Below, piece after piece: positions 20,229-28,403 of a stretch of DNA of 64,000 bases. The stretch is from positions 64,001 through 128,000 of the forward strand of contig CAVXLD010000003.1 in the NCBI GenBank assembly GCA_963762565.1, read 5' to 3'. Positions within the stretch are counted from its first letter, which is position 1, and every line of letters begins with the position of its first letter. This stretch comes from an uncultured Verrucomicrobiae bacterium (GTDB taxonomy: Bacteria; Verrucomicrobiota; Verrucomicrobiia; Chthoniobacterales; JAFAMB01). Under the pieces are notes generated by a model. That model did no database searches, had not been told where the DNA came from, and was given only the letters and a program-made list of their open reading frames with translations. The position numbers were made by a program, and so were the translations under genes.

Positions 20229-20834
20229 CTGGGCAATTGTTCGACGAGTCGTTGCCTTTGTCTTGATGCCCAACGTGCCAGCTTCTCTTTCTGATTATCA
20301 TGAGCAACAAGTGCGATCCTCTTCTGGTTAAGCAACGGTCGAGGTGAACTACCATTCATGTGATTAGGGACGCTACACCAGCCCGTGACAAGCACTCCGA
20401 GTCGGTCACATGCTCACTTGCCTTTCAGGCAATCGATGAACAGTAACGAGTGCCCTTCTAGTGCAAGCGCCTTCATTTCTTCTTGGGTTGGGCGATAGTC
20501 AAAACATTCTTGACCCAGAAGGTGGTCGCCAGCGTCAGCCTGTTTGAGCAGGAATCCATCTGTGAATTCGCGCCATAGATCGCTATTTTCATTCATTTGA
20601 TCAGTTACTAGACATCAAGATTGGAAGGGCTAGCGGTTCGCTGTCTCAATTGCTGTATTTTTTGTCTTAACCCAGCTTAGCGCACTCTGGTTGTATTGAC
20701 CCTAGGCAGGCTGTTGAGAGACCGGTTCTTTTGTCCCGGAGGGACAAACCGATGGTAGCCTGGCACGAAGTGCCTGGAATTACGGCAAATTATGACCCGT
20801 CCCGTAGAGAGCCTGAGGTGGTCTGCAAGTTTTT

Positions 20835-22109
20835 TTAGGAAGAGTTTTTCACCGCGGCGAGTGGAGAATCGCGTTTAGCGAGGGCGGTGAGATAAAGTTG
20901 TGGGTCGTAGGGTTGACGGGTTTTCCAGCAACGGAAAAGAATACGGATCCATTTGTAAGCCAGAGCACGCACCGCGGCATGATGGCCTTTACCTTTGGCC
21001 TTTTGTTGGTCATAAAAAACCTTGGCCCAATCACAGAAGCCCACCGAGTGGCTGGCAAACTCATGAAAAGATTGGCGCACAAATTTCGGACAAGCCCAGC
21101 GGAAATGAACCCGAGAGCTTTTGCCGCTGCGTTCAGTGACTGGAGCGATACCAAAGAAGCTCAGTGCCTCCAGTGGGCTAGTGAAACGGTCCCGGTCGGA
21201 GCCGAAAGCGCTGAGCAAACGCGGGCCCAGCGCCTCTCCGGCTCCTGGGAGATTGTTGAATAAAGTGCTGTCGGGATGCTGAGCAAAAAGCTGGGCAATT
21301 TCTTTTTCGTACAGGACAATATAAGGGGCCATTGCTTTGAGCTGCTGGGCTAACATGAGGGTGGTCAAAGTCCCTGCGTCAATGATGGCTTTATCCCGAG
21401 TCAGAGGTTGGCCGGTCTCCACGCGTTGGATGCGGGCTTGAATCTTTTGTTCACTCCGGCACTGATGGCCATAAAAGAATCTGCGCAGTTTGTGAGTGGA
21501 GGCCTTTTTGAGCGACTCGAAGTTGGGCCAGTTGAGCAAAAAATCCGCCGCTAAGACCGTGGTCAGATCGTTATCCAATACGGCCAGAGCCAGAGGAAAA
21601 AAGGCCTTTAGTTCGCTTTTGAGCTGATTGCTCAAAGCGCTGCGAGCATCGACGGCTTGGCGCCGCTTTTCACAAAGAAGCGCTAACTTACGGGTTTGCT
21701 CGTCGTCGGGCCGCCAGGGATGCAACTGCTGGTAGTGCAGACTAACAAATTGACAAAGTAGCTGCGCATCACTGGGATCATCCTTAGCGCCGCTAGGCCG
21801 AAAGGCTTTGCGGTAGTTGTCGAGCTGTTTTGGATTAATGGGGTAGAGCTCAAAACAGTCATAACCCATTAAGAAATGAATCAGTGCTCCCCGACTCTGT
21901 TCCAGGCAGATCAGGATTTTACCTTCAGAACCAAAGCGTTCTCGCAGTTCCAAGACCCAGTCGCTCAAAGCTTCCGGCTGGCTCTCAATGCTGCGACCCT
22001 CCAGCTTGGCTTCCTCGGCGGCCGCTCGCAGAGCGATATCATGTTTTTGATCTGCCCAGTCGATTCCGACAAAAGCACTAATGGTTTTTTGATTGCTAGT
22101 GCTAGACAT
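20835..22109 (-). CDS. IS110-family DEDD recombinase/transposase, intact
   Basis: GIDWADQKHD, CLEQ and KDDPSDA (DEDD RuvC-like); GIAPVTERSGKS catalytic Ser motif; AVRALAYKWIRIL. Confidence 0.95.
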   Translation of the reverse strand: MSSTSNQKTISAFVGIDWADQKHDIALRAAAEEAKLEGRSIESQPEALSDWVLELRERFGSEGKILICLEQSRGALIHFLMGYDCFELYPINPKQLDNYRKAFRPSGAKDDPSDAQLLCQFVSLHYQQLHPWRPDDEQTRKLALLCEKRRQAVDARSALSNQLKSELKAFFPLALAVLDNDLTTVLAADFLLNWPNFESLKKASTHKLRRFFYGHQCRSEQKIQARIQRVETGQPLTRDKAIIDAGTLTTLMLAQQLKAMAPYIVLYEKEIAQLFAQHPDSTLFNNLPGAGEALGPRLLSAFGSDRDRFTSPLEALSFFGIAPVTERSGKSSRVHFRWACPKFVRQSFHEFASHSVGFCDWAKVFYDQQKAKGKGHHAAVRALAYKWIRILFRCWKTRQPYDPQLYLTALAKRDSPLAAVKNSS

Positions 22110-22139
22110 GGCTGGCTTTAAACTAAATTGATTACAACA

Positions 22140-22400
22140 AACACTGGCGACGCCCAGAGTGACGACAAACCCTTATAGTGAGACGTAAATCGCACTTGGG
22201 CGAGTTCGTCACGGCCTGAGTATTGTTCTGCACTCCAGGCTGATCAGCCACCCGAAACTCTACGGGGATTCGTTACCGAAGGGGACGGTTATTCGTGGTG
22301 GCTGACGCGCCTTGGGCGAAGTTATTCACAATCTGGGCTCGCTCACGCTCCAAAGCTCTTTTTGGGGGCTTTGGCCCCAGATCGATGAATAACTTCGGAC
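22140..22400 (-). ncRNA. Putative bridge/seek-type guide RNA of the IS110 element
   Basis: Stems CGAAGTTATTCA/TGAATAACTTCG, TCAGCCACC/GGTGGCTGA and GTGACGA/TCGTCAC; internal loops carry target- and donor-matching segments. Exact ends unknown. Confidence 0.8.
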
Positions 22401-22726
22401 CACCTATAAGGGACGGTATGATCGAGTAACATCGATGGGGCGATGTCCGAGGGCCTCCAACCGCGAACTGAGACTTGCATTAAAGATCCGTCTCACGCCT
22501 AGCAATCGCCAATCATACCGTCCCTACAGGACGGATCCGCTTGGGGGACGCCTTCCCAGGCACTTCGTGCCAGGCTACCATCGATTTGTCCCTCCGGGAC
22601 AGAAGGGCCCCGTTTTCAATCCGGCAGCTGCCGGCAGCTGCCGGACTAGACTATAACCTTTCAGCCCCGACGTGCTCCGGGGTAAACGCTTCGCGACGCC
22701 TTCTAAGTCAACTGGGCAACAACTTG

Positions 22727-23731
22727 TCAGGCTACGAGGTTGTTTGGTTCGTCTTCTAAAATAGTAGTTAGACGAGGCGCTAATGGCCGTTTGTTAAGCT
22801 GCTTCTGGCTGTGACGTGATCTGTCGCGAATGCTGCGAGCCGCGATACGAATCTGATCACGCAGCCACAGATGTGCAGGCTCATTCGTTAGGCGTGGATG
22901 CCAGCTCATGAAGTAGGGAAACGCCTTTAGCTCGCGAGGAGGTTCGATCGTCCGTAGAGTCGATATCTGTTTGATCACGTTCGCCAAGGTGCGCGGGATG
23001 GTGAGCACCAGGTCCGTCTGTGCTATTGCGAGAACGGCAGGAATATAAAACGGAATTCTGAGTGCAACCTGGCGTTTTTGACTGAGTGCTTTGAGCGGCT
23101 GGTCGATCATTGCTTGATGACCATCACCGGTCAGAACCATCGCATGCGGTAGTTCTAAATATTGTTTCAGTGTAAGTCTGCGGCCCTTTATTCGTTGGCG
23201 GGCGCCGACGAGACAGACAAAGTCGAGGTTCAAAACGATCTCGTTTTCCAGCGCAGGCGGAACGTCTTCTGCGCAAAGAATCAGATCAATCCGGCCGGCC
23301 GCAACCTCTTCATAGGTTTGCGGTCCAACTGCGCTCAGGACTAATTCAGAGTCAGGCGCGTCTCTCCGTAGTCGCTCGAGCACATTGGGCAGCAGAATCG
23401 TCGAGCCGTGGTCTGTCATTGCTATTCGAAAGCGCTCGCGACTCCGTCCAGGGATAAATTCCTGGTCGGTCACGAGAGCATTCAGGCGACGCATGATCGC
23501 TTCGGTCTCGCGCAGTACCCGTTCACCTCTCGGTGTGCGTTCATAGGTGCCATCGGAACGAACCAGCAGAGGATCGCCAAAGGTTGCCCGCAGTCTGTTC
23601 AATGCGCGGCTCATCGCGGGCTGGCTTAAGAAAGCACGTTTTGCCGCGCGGCTGATGTGCCGCTCTTCTAACAATGGTTGGATCGTGCGCAGCAGATTCA
23701 GGTCAACATCTCGCAAATGCGTGTCACGCAT
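22727..23731 (-). CDS. LysR family regulator (NodD/LeuO-like)
   Basis: DLNLL...HISRAAKRAFLSQPAMSRALNRLR...GDPLLVR; WHPRLTNEPAHLWLR. Confidence 0.92.
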   Translation of the reverse strand: MRDTHLRDVDLNLLRTIQPLLEERHISRAAKRAFLSQPAMSRALNRLRATFGDPLLVRSDGTYERTPRGERVLRETEAIMRRLNALVTDQEFIPGRSRERFRIAMTDHGSTILLPNVLERLRRDAPDSELVLSAVGPQTYEEVAAGRIDLILCAEDVPPALENEIVLNLDFVCLVGARQRIKGRRLTLKQYLELPHAMVLTGDGHQAMIDQPLKALSQKRQVALRIPFYIPAVLAIAQTDLVLTIPRTLANVIKQISTLRTIEPPRELKAFPYFMSWHPRLTNEPAHLWLRDQIRIAARSIRDRSRHSQKQLNKRPLAPRLTTILEDEPNNLVA

Positions 23732-23777
23732 GCCTCATATTTTCACAATGCACAGGCCGAATGCAAGTGAGTCAATA

Positions 23778-24067
23778 GTGTGCTGTCCCATAAATAACAT
23801 GGCTTTCGTTGCGATCAAAATGGGCCGCCGGCAAGGCGGTCCGAGCCGGACTGGCGGTAGAGGGCGCATATCTAGATTGATACGTAACCGACGAGCAACG
23901 CAGCCGCCGGCCCATTTTCATCGCAACCCTCCGGGCCGTGGCCAGTTGGCTGTTCTTCCGCGTTGCTCGCTCGACCCGTATGAACCAGATATGGGCACTT
24001 CGCTCGCGCCTTGAAAAACAGCCAACTGACCGACGGCGAAAGCCATGTTACTTATGGGACAGCACAC
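23778..24067 (+). mobile_element. Complete non-autonomous IS630-type MITE (290 bp)
   Basis: TA|GTGTGCTGTCCCATAAATAACATGGCTTTCG ... CGAAAGCCATGTTACTTATGGGACAGCACAC|TA: terminal inverted repeats, TA flanks and two internal hairpins. Confidence 0.85.
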
Positions 24068-24111
24068 TAGATTCGATCAAGAACAGAAAAGCAGATCGTT
24101 CCTCAGAAGCG

Positions 24112-24363
24112 TCAATCCAATGCGCCAGCATCTGTCAGTTCGCGGATCTTTTCTGGACTGAGTCCTTGAGGCCCTGCCTGCTCGGCTCCGGGCGCTGGCA
24201 GGACCCGTCCGAACTCAACGGCAACCGCGTTGAAAAGTACCTGAGCGAAGAAAGCGGGTGCGCCGGTGTTGACGTGATGAGATTCGGTGATCGCCTCAGC
24301 AATGGAGTTTTCCTGCTCGGTTGTGAGCGACAGGTTAGCTACGGTTACTGTATAGGTGGGCAT
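24112..24363 (-). pseudogene. Truncated tautomerase (cis-CaaD-like N-terminus) with unrelated tail
   Basis: MPTYTV...IAEAITESHHVNTGAPAFFAQVLF with Pro-1; tail GLSPEKIRELTDAGA resembles a CoA-transferase III C-terminus. Confidence 0.55.
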
Positions 24364-24503
24364 GGGGAGGGGTGGAGGGGCGGAGTGATGGAGTAATGGA
24401 GTGGTGGAGTGGTGCTCGAAACACTACCGCGATGTTTAAAACCCTTACAGAAACATGCAACAAACGGGCACGACAGGCATTCTGGAACGTGCGCAGAGAT
24501 TGA

Positions 24504-24648
24504 ATTACTCCATCACTCCAATACTCCATTACTCCAATACTCCATTACTCCAATACTCCATTACTCCAATACTCCATTACTCCATTACTCCATTACTCCA
24601 TTACTCCATTACTCCATTACTCCCATTACTCCATTACTCCATTACTCC
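24504..24648 (+). repeat. Octamer tandem repeat, 18 units (mostly ATTACTCC/AATACTCC)
   Basis: Counted 18 units, one ATCACTCC and one with an extra C; inverted partner GGAGTGATGGAGTAATGGAGTGG at about 24382-24410. Confidence 0.95.
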
Positions 24649-24661
24649 ACACCCCTTCCGT

Positions 24662-25042
24662 TCAGACCGCGTACTGGGCGATGCCGTTACCGAAAGACCA
24701 ATTCTCTTTTTTGACTTCAATCAGATTAATGAAGACGTCTTCACGCCGAAGCCCAACCGCGGAGTACAGGCCGTCGGCGATCGCCTTGTAGAGCGCCTTT
24801 TTTTGTTCCGGGTTCCGTCCTTCATTCCAGGTGATCTGGATGATCACGAGGTTGTCGGTGCGATGGATATCGATGTAATCGGGGTCAAAAAGAAAGCTAT
24901 CGGCATCGTACTCACTAATGACCTGGAAACGGTCATCTTTGGGGACGCCGACCCCCACCAGCGCCTCATAGACGACCCGGCCTATTTTCTGCCGGTAGGC
25001 GGCATCCTTACCTTTGCGAACATCAATCCGAACTAGTGGCAT
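24662..25042 (-). CDS. Tautomerase family protein (MSAD-like)
   Basis: MPLVRID (Pro-1), VPKDDRFQVI and ENWSFGNG. Confidence 0.9.
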   Translation of the reverse strand: MPLVRIDVRKGKDAAYRQKIGRVVYEALVGVGVPKDDRFQVISEYDADSFLFDPDYIDIHRTDNLVIIQITWNEGRNPEQKKALYKAIADGLYSAVGLRREDVFINLIEVKKENWSFGNGIAQYAV

Positions 25043-25066
25043 AGAACTTTCTTCCTCGTGTTTCTA

Positions 25067-25113
25067 TACTTGCATATGCAAGTATATACCGATATTACTT
25101 GCATATGCTGGTA
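25067..25113. promoter_or_regulatory. Tandem palindromic operators, likely MarR sites
   Basis: Perfect 18-bp palindrome TACTTGCATATGCAAGTA (25067-84) and variant TACTTGCATATGCTGGTA (25096-113) between the divergent tautomerase and marR-type genes. Confidence 0.75.
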
Positions 25114-25144
25114 ATCAGTCAAAAGATATTCCTATAAATCCACC

Positions 25145-25642
25145 ATGCCCAAGTCTAACCAGCCAAACTCTCAACACAGCCATTGCAATTGCACCGCGCT
25201 GCGAAAGGCTTCTCGCCGGATTTCCCAGCTTTACGATGTTGCCTTAGCGCCGAGCGGCCTGAAAACCACGCAAAGAGCGATCCTCGCCCAGATCCGCCGA
25301 AGCGAGCCAACCACCGTCGGTAATCTAGCCGAGGCGTTGATCATGGACGCCGGGGCGCTTGCGCACACGCTCAAACCATTAGAAAGAGACGGCCTGATCT
25401 CTATCGATGTCGATCCCGATGACCGGCGCAATCGGGTCGCCAAGCTTACATCGGCCGGCAACGCCCGCCTTTCTGAATCCGACAGGCTTTGGGAGAACGC
25501 ACAACGCGGCTTCGAAGTAGCTTTTGGCCGGGGAAAATCCGAAGCCTTGCGTGAGGCAATGCAATTCCTCGTCACCGGCGACTTTGTTCGCGCTTTCGAA
25601 AAAAGCATCGCCAAAGGCGCTGGGCAGTCGCGCATCCCATGA
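25145..25642 (+). CDS. MarR family regulator
   Basis: CNCTALRKASRRISQLYD, LKPLERDGLI and DPDDRRNRVAKLT. Confidence 0.92.
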   Translation: MPKSNQPNSQHSHCNCTALRKASRRISQLYDVALAPSGLKTTQRAILAQIRRSEPTTVGNLAEALIMDAGALAHTLKPLERDGLISIDVDPDDRRNRVAKLTSAGNARLSESDRLWENAQRGFEVAFGRGKSEALREAMQFLVTGDFVRAFEKSIAKGAGQSRIP

Positions 25643-25714
25643 ACGCGCCACGCCTGTCGAGGACGAGGACGACGACGAGGACGAGAACGACTATCCGGGA
25701 GCCGCGACGCCACT

Positions 25715-25747
25715 CCTAGCTCCTAGCTCCTACCTCCTAGCTCCTCC
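25715..25747 (+). repeat. Heptamer tandem (CCTAGCT)n
   Basis: CTCCTAGCTCCTAGCTCCTACCTCCTAGCTCC; same unit at 54942-54972 and 55090-55122. Confidence 0.7.
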
Positions 25748-25878
25748 TGAACACAACCTGACCCAGGACAGGCGCTGCTTCGCGCGTTCTAAGTCAATTA
25801 GGCAATCCCCGGCTGGCCGGAGAATTCGGATTATTCCTTTGGGCATTATCGAATCTTCCATAGAGCTATTTGACTGAG

Positions 25879-25921
25879 TAATTGCATATGCAAGTATTAT
25901 GTGATGAAAGCATATGCAAGG
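25879..25921. promoter_or_regulatory. Second pair of the same operator upstream of the ketopantoate reductase gene
   Basis: TAATTGCATATGCAAGTA (25879-96) and AAGCATATGCAAGG (25908-21), just after TTGACT at 25870. Confidence 0.7.
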
Positions 25922-25978
25922 ATCTGGCCACCCGGTTTGATGGTCGAACTATTGCCGTGCTTAAACGCAGGAAAAACT

Positions 25979-26059
25979 ATGCCATTGGTTCGTATTGATT
26001 TTCGCAAGGGTAAAGATGTCGCTAAGCAACTCTTAATCACGAAAGTAGAGGTAGAATGA
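25979..26059 (+). pseudogene. 26-aa tautomerase 5' stub, stop overlapping the next start
   Basis: MPLVRIDFRKGKDVAKQLLITKVEVE* versus MPLVRIDVRKGKDAAY of 25042; ATGA overlap with 26056. Confidence 0.7.
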
Positions 26060-26985
26060 TGCGTATTCTGGTTGTGGGCGCAGGATCAACGGGTGGATAT
26101 TTCGGAGGCCGGCTGGCAGAGGCCGGACGCGACGTAACCTTTCTAGTACGACCGAAGCGGGCTGAGCAGTTGCGATTGAACGGTCTTCAGATCATCAGCC
26201 CACACGGTGATGTCACGATCTGGCCGAACCTCGTCGTTGCCGGCGAAATCGCAGCGCCGTTCGATGCCGTATTAGTCGCAGTCAAGGGGTTCTCGCTGGA
26301 ATCAGCCCTTGACGATCTCGCCGGCGCCGTTGGGCCCGAGACGATGATCCTGCCAGTTCTCAATGGCATGAGGCATCTGAACGTACTCGCCGCTCGTTTC
26401 GGCAAGAATTCGGTGGTCGGGGGCGTCTGCAAGGTCGCAACCATTGTCGACGATCGAGGTCGGATTGTTCAACTCAGGAAACTCCAAGAGTTAACCTATG
26501 GAGAAATGAGCGGAGATCGATCATTGCGGACCGATCGACTCGACGAGGTTATGCAAGGGGCCGGATTCGATGCCAGACTGTCACGAACGATCGAGCGCGA
26601 AATGTGGGAGAAGTGGGTTCTCCTGGCTACCATCGGCGGTATCACTTGTTTAATGCGCGGTAATATCGGCGATATTGCGCGTGCGCCTGGCGGAACCGAC
26701 TTCTCGCTGCGGTTTCTCGATGAGGTAACGGCTGTCGTCACTGCCGTTGGCAAAAAGCCGAGCGATGTGTTTCTGACCGACACGCAAGCGCTATTGACGG
26801 AGAAAGAGTCAACGGTGACATCGTCGATGTACCGGGATCTGCAGAACGGCGCCCTGGTCGAAGCCGAGCAAATTATCGTTGACCTGGTGGCGCAGGCACG
26901 AGGGGCTCGGATTACCACACCGCTTCTTGACGCCGCGTTCGCCCATCTCTCGATCTATCAAAGCAGGATAACTAAGTCTTCTTAA
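26056..26985 (+). CDS. panE: 2-dehydropantoate 2-reductase (ApbA/PanE family)
   Basis: RILVVGAGSTGGYFG, LPVLNG, MWEKWV, SSMYRD and VEAEQI. Confidence 0.85.
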   Translation: MMRILVVGAGSTGGYFGGRLAEAGRDVTFLVRPKRAEQLRLNGLQIISPHGDVTIWPNLVVAGEIAAPFDAVLVAVKGFSLESALDDLAGAVGPETMILPVLNGMRHLNVLAARFGKNSVVGGVCKVATIVDDRGRIVQLRKLQELTYGEMSGDRSLRTDRLDEVMQGAGFDARLSRTIEREMWEKWVLLATIGGITCLMRGNIGDIARAPGGTDFSLRFLDEVTAVVTAVGKKPSDVFLTDTQALLTEKESTVTSSMYRDLQNGALVEAEQIIVDLVAQARGARITTPLLDAAFAHLSIYQSRITKSS

Positions 26986-27028
26986 TGCAGAGCGTTTATC
27001 GCGAACTGCCTTAAGAAAACACCGGACA

Positions 27029-27538
27029 GTGTTGCTTTCGACCCAAGGCAATCCGCAGTCGCGGGGGAGCGCATCAAATGAGCGGCTAGGAGGCGGGGAC
27101 GGGGTGAGTGCAAATGTAGAATATCGAAAGGACGGGCTCTCGGCTATATGGAGAGATCTTACCGCGGAACCGGTTTGGAAGTACGAAGAACTACCTCCGC
27201 TACTATTACCTGACTTAACCGGCCTCGATTTATTCGAACTTGGTGACACAGAGCTCGCTCGGGCCCATTGGTTTTGGTCGCGCCGGCCCAAGCTGACGTT
27301 TCCTGAGCGCGCAGCGGTAATGATTGTGGCGTTGTGTGTGTTGATCTGTTTGTCCATTGCGTTGGTTTACTGGCATCACACTTCGGTACTCAAACGCGCT
27401 GTTGAGATGATTATTGTACTCTTCGAAGTAGCGGTTGAGATCTACGCAATCGGACATCGCCTCGAGTTTCTTCGTTGGCGACGCGAGTACGAGCGAAGCA
27501 TCGATCGACTCATCCGGACCCATCATGCGGGGATGTGA
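27029..27538 (+). CDS. Hypothetical membrane protein
   Basis: Two hydrophobic segments; start uncertain. Confidence 0.5.
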   Translation: MLLSTQGNPQSRGSASNERLGGGDGVSANVEYRKDGLSAIWRDLTAEPVWKYEELPPLLLPDLTGLDLFELGDTELARAHWFWSRRPKLTFPERAAVMIVALCVLICLSIALVYWHHTSVLKRAVEMIIVLFEVAVEIYAIGHRLEFLRWRREYERSIDRLIRTHHAGM

Positions 27539-27587
27539 AAGGCCAATTTTTCTTATATGCATACAACGCATATAGGACATTCTAACA

Positions 27588-27953
27588 ATGCATGTAAGAA
27601 AGATTTGGGATGGCCGGGCTCAGGTCGAGGAGGTTGAAGCCGATGGTCCGAACGGCCATGTCGAAGATATGCAGTTAGCTTTGTATCGTCCTGAGACTCA
27701 CCAGTGGACCCTTAATTTCGCAAGCAGCGCCGACGGCATCTTGAGCGTGCCGGCAATCGGCGAGTTCAAGAACGGACGTGCCGAATTTTATGACTAAGAG
27801 ACGTTAAACGGCAGGGCCATTCTAGTTCGAATCGTCTGGTCCGATATCACTCCGAACTCCCATCGTTTTGAACAGTCATTCTCCGAGGACGGCGGCAAGA
27901 CTTGGGAGCCGAATTTTGTTGCCAATGTGACCAGGGACAACCCGAAAAGCTAA
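27588..27953 (+). pseudogene. DUF1579-like protein remnant with in-frame stop
   Basis: ...GEFKNGRAEFYD*ETLNGRAILVRIVWSDITPNSHRFEQSFSEDGGKTWEPNF continues past TAA 27795-97; N-terminus missing. Confidence 0.7.
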
Positions 27954-28178
27954 TTCAGCTCCTCACTGGCGGACGAAGCTAAAGAAGGCACGCGCCGGAA
28001 TCTATCAAAACCGGCGCGTGCATATGAACTTGCCCTTATGGCGGGGCAAGGTACAGACAGAGGAAACAGATAGGCAAGGCGGCATTTTTGCTTTGGTGAA
28101 GATTTGCGGAATATGGACATTAGCCGCGTTCGATTCCACCTGACTTTGTTGCCTGAGAGTTCAGTAGTAGAATCGATC

Positions 28179-28403
28179 ATGGATAATCTTCAACCTGTGA
28201 GCTATGGGGCGGATTCGTCGCCAACCCATCAAGAGGTGATTGTTTCTCGCTTCGATTTTGAGGAAACCCTTGTACAGCTGAGACAGGCGATAGCCAACAC
28301 TGGTGTATGGCTGATTCAAGAGATCAATCCGCAGATGTTCCTTGCGCGCGCGGGCTACGCCATCCAACCCGTTCGCCAGCTTTTCTACTTTCATCCATGG
28401 TGA
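28179..28403 (+). pseudogene. N-terminal half of a DUF302-like protein
   Basis: SRFDFEETLVQLRQAI...IQEINPQ...RQLFYFHP; ends abruptly inside the 3' end of the convergent ADH. Confidence 0.6.

Larger units (their letters stand above)
20808..22408 (-). mobile_element. IS110-family insertion sequence with sub-terminal inverted repeats
   Basis: Flanked by AG/AG (CT core on minus strand) at 20806-07 and 22409-10; removal restores the target hairpin. Sub-terminal IR AGGTGGTCTGCAAGTT / AACTTCGGACCACCT. Confidence 0.92.
20728..22605. repeat. Palindromic REP-like element interrupted by IS110
   Basis: Left arm TTGTCCCGGAGGGACAAACCGATGGTAGCCTGGCACGAAGTGCCTGG is inverted at 22556-22602. The inner hairpin CCGTCCCGTAGGGACGG is split by the IS. 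Confidence 0.85.

Noticed and set aside
23938..24396. Recurrent ORF MASWLFFRVARSTRMNQIW (also 17731, 61717)
   Set aside because: Translation of the MITE with different, unrelated tails; no protein motif.
24504..24648. Possible CRISPR array, and ORFs 24409..24714 / 24455..25036
   Set aside because: Pure 8-nt tandem repeat with no spacers and no cas genes. The ORFs are repeat translations or antisense to the tautomerase.
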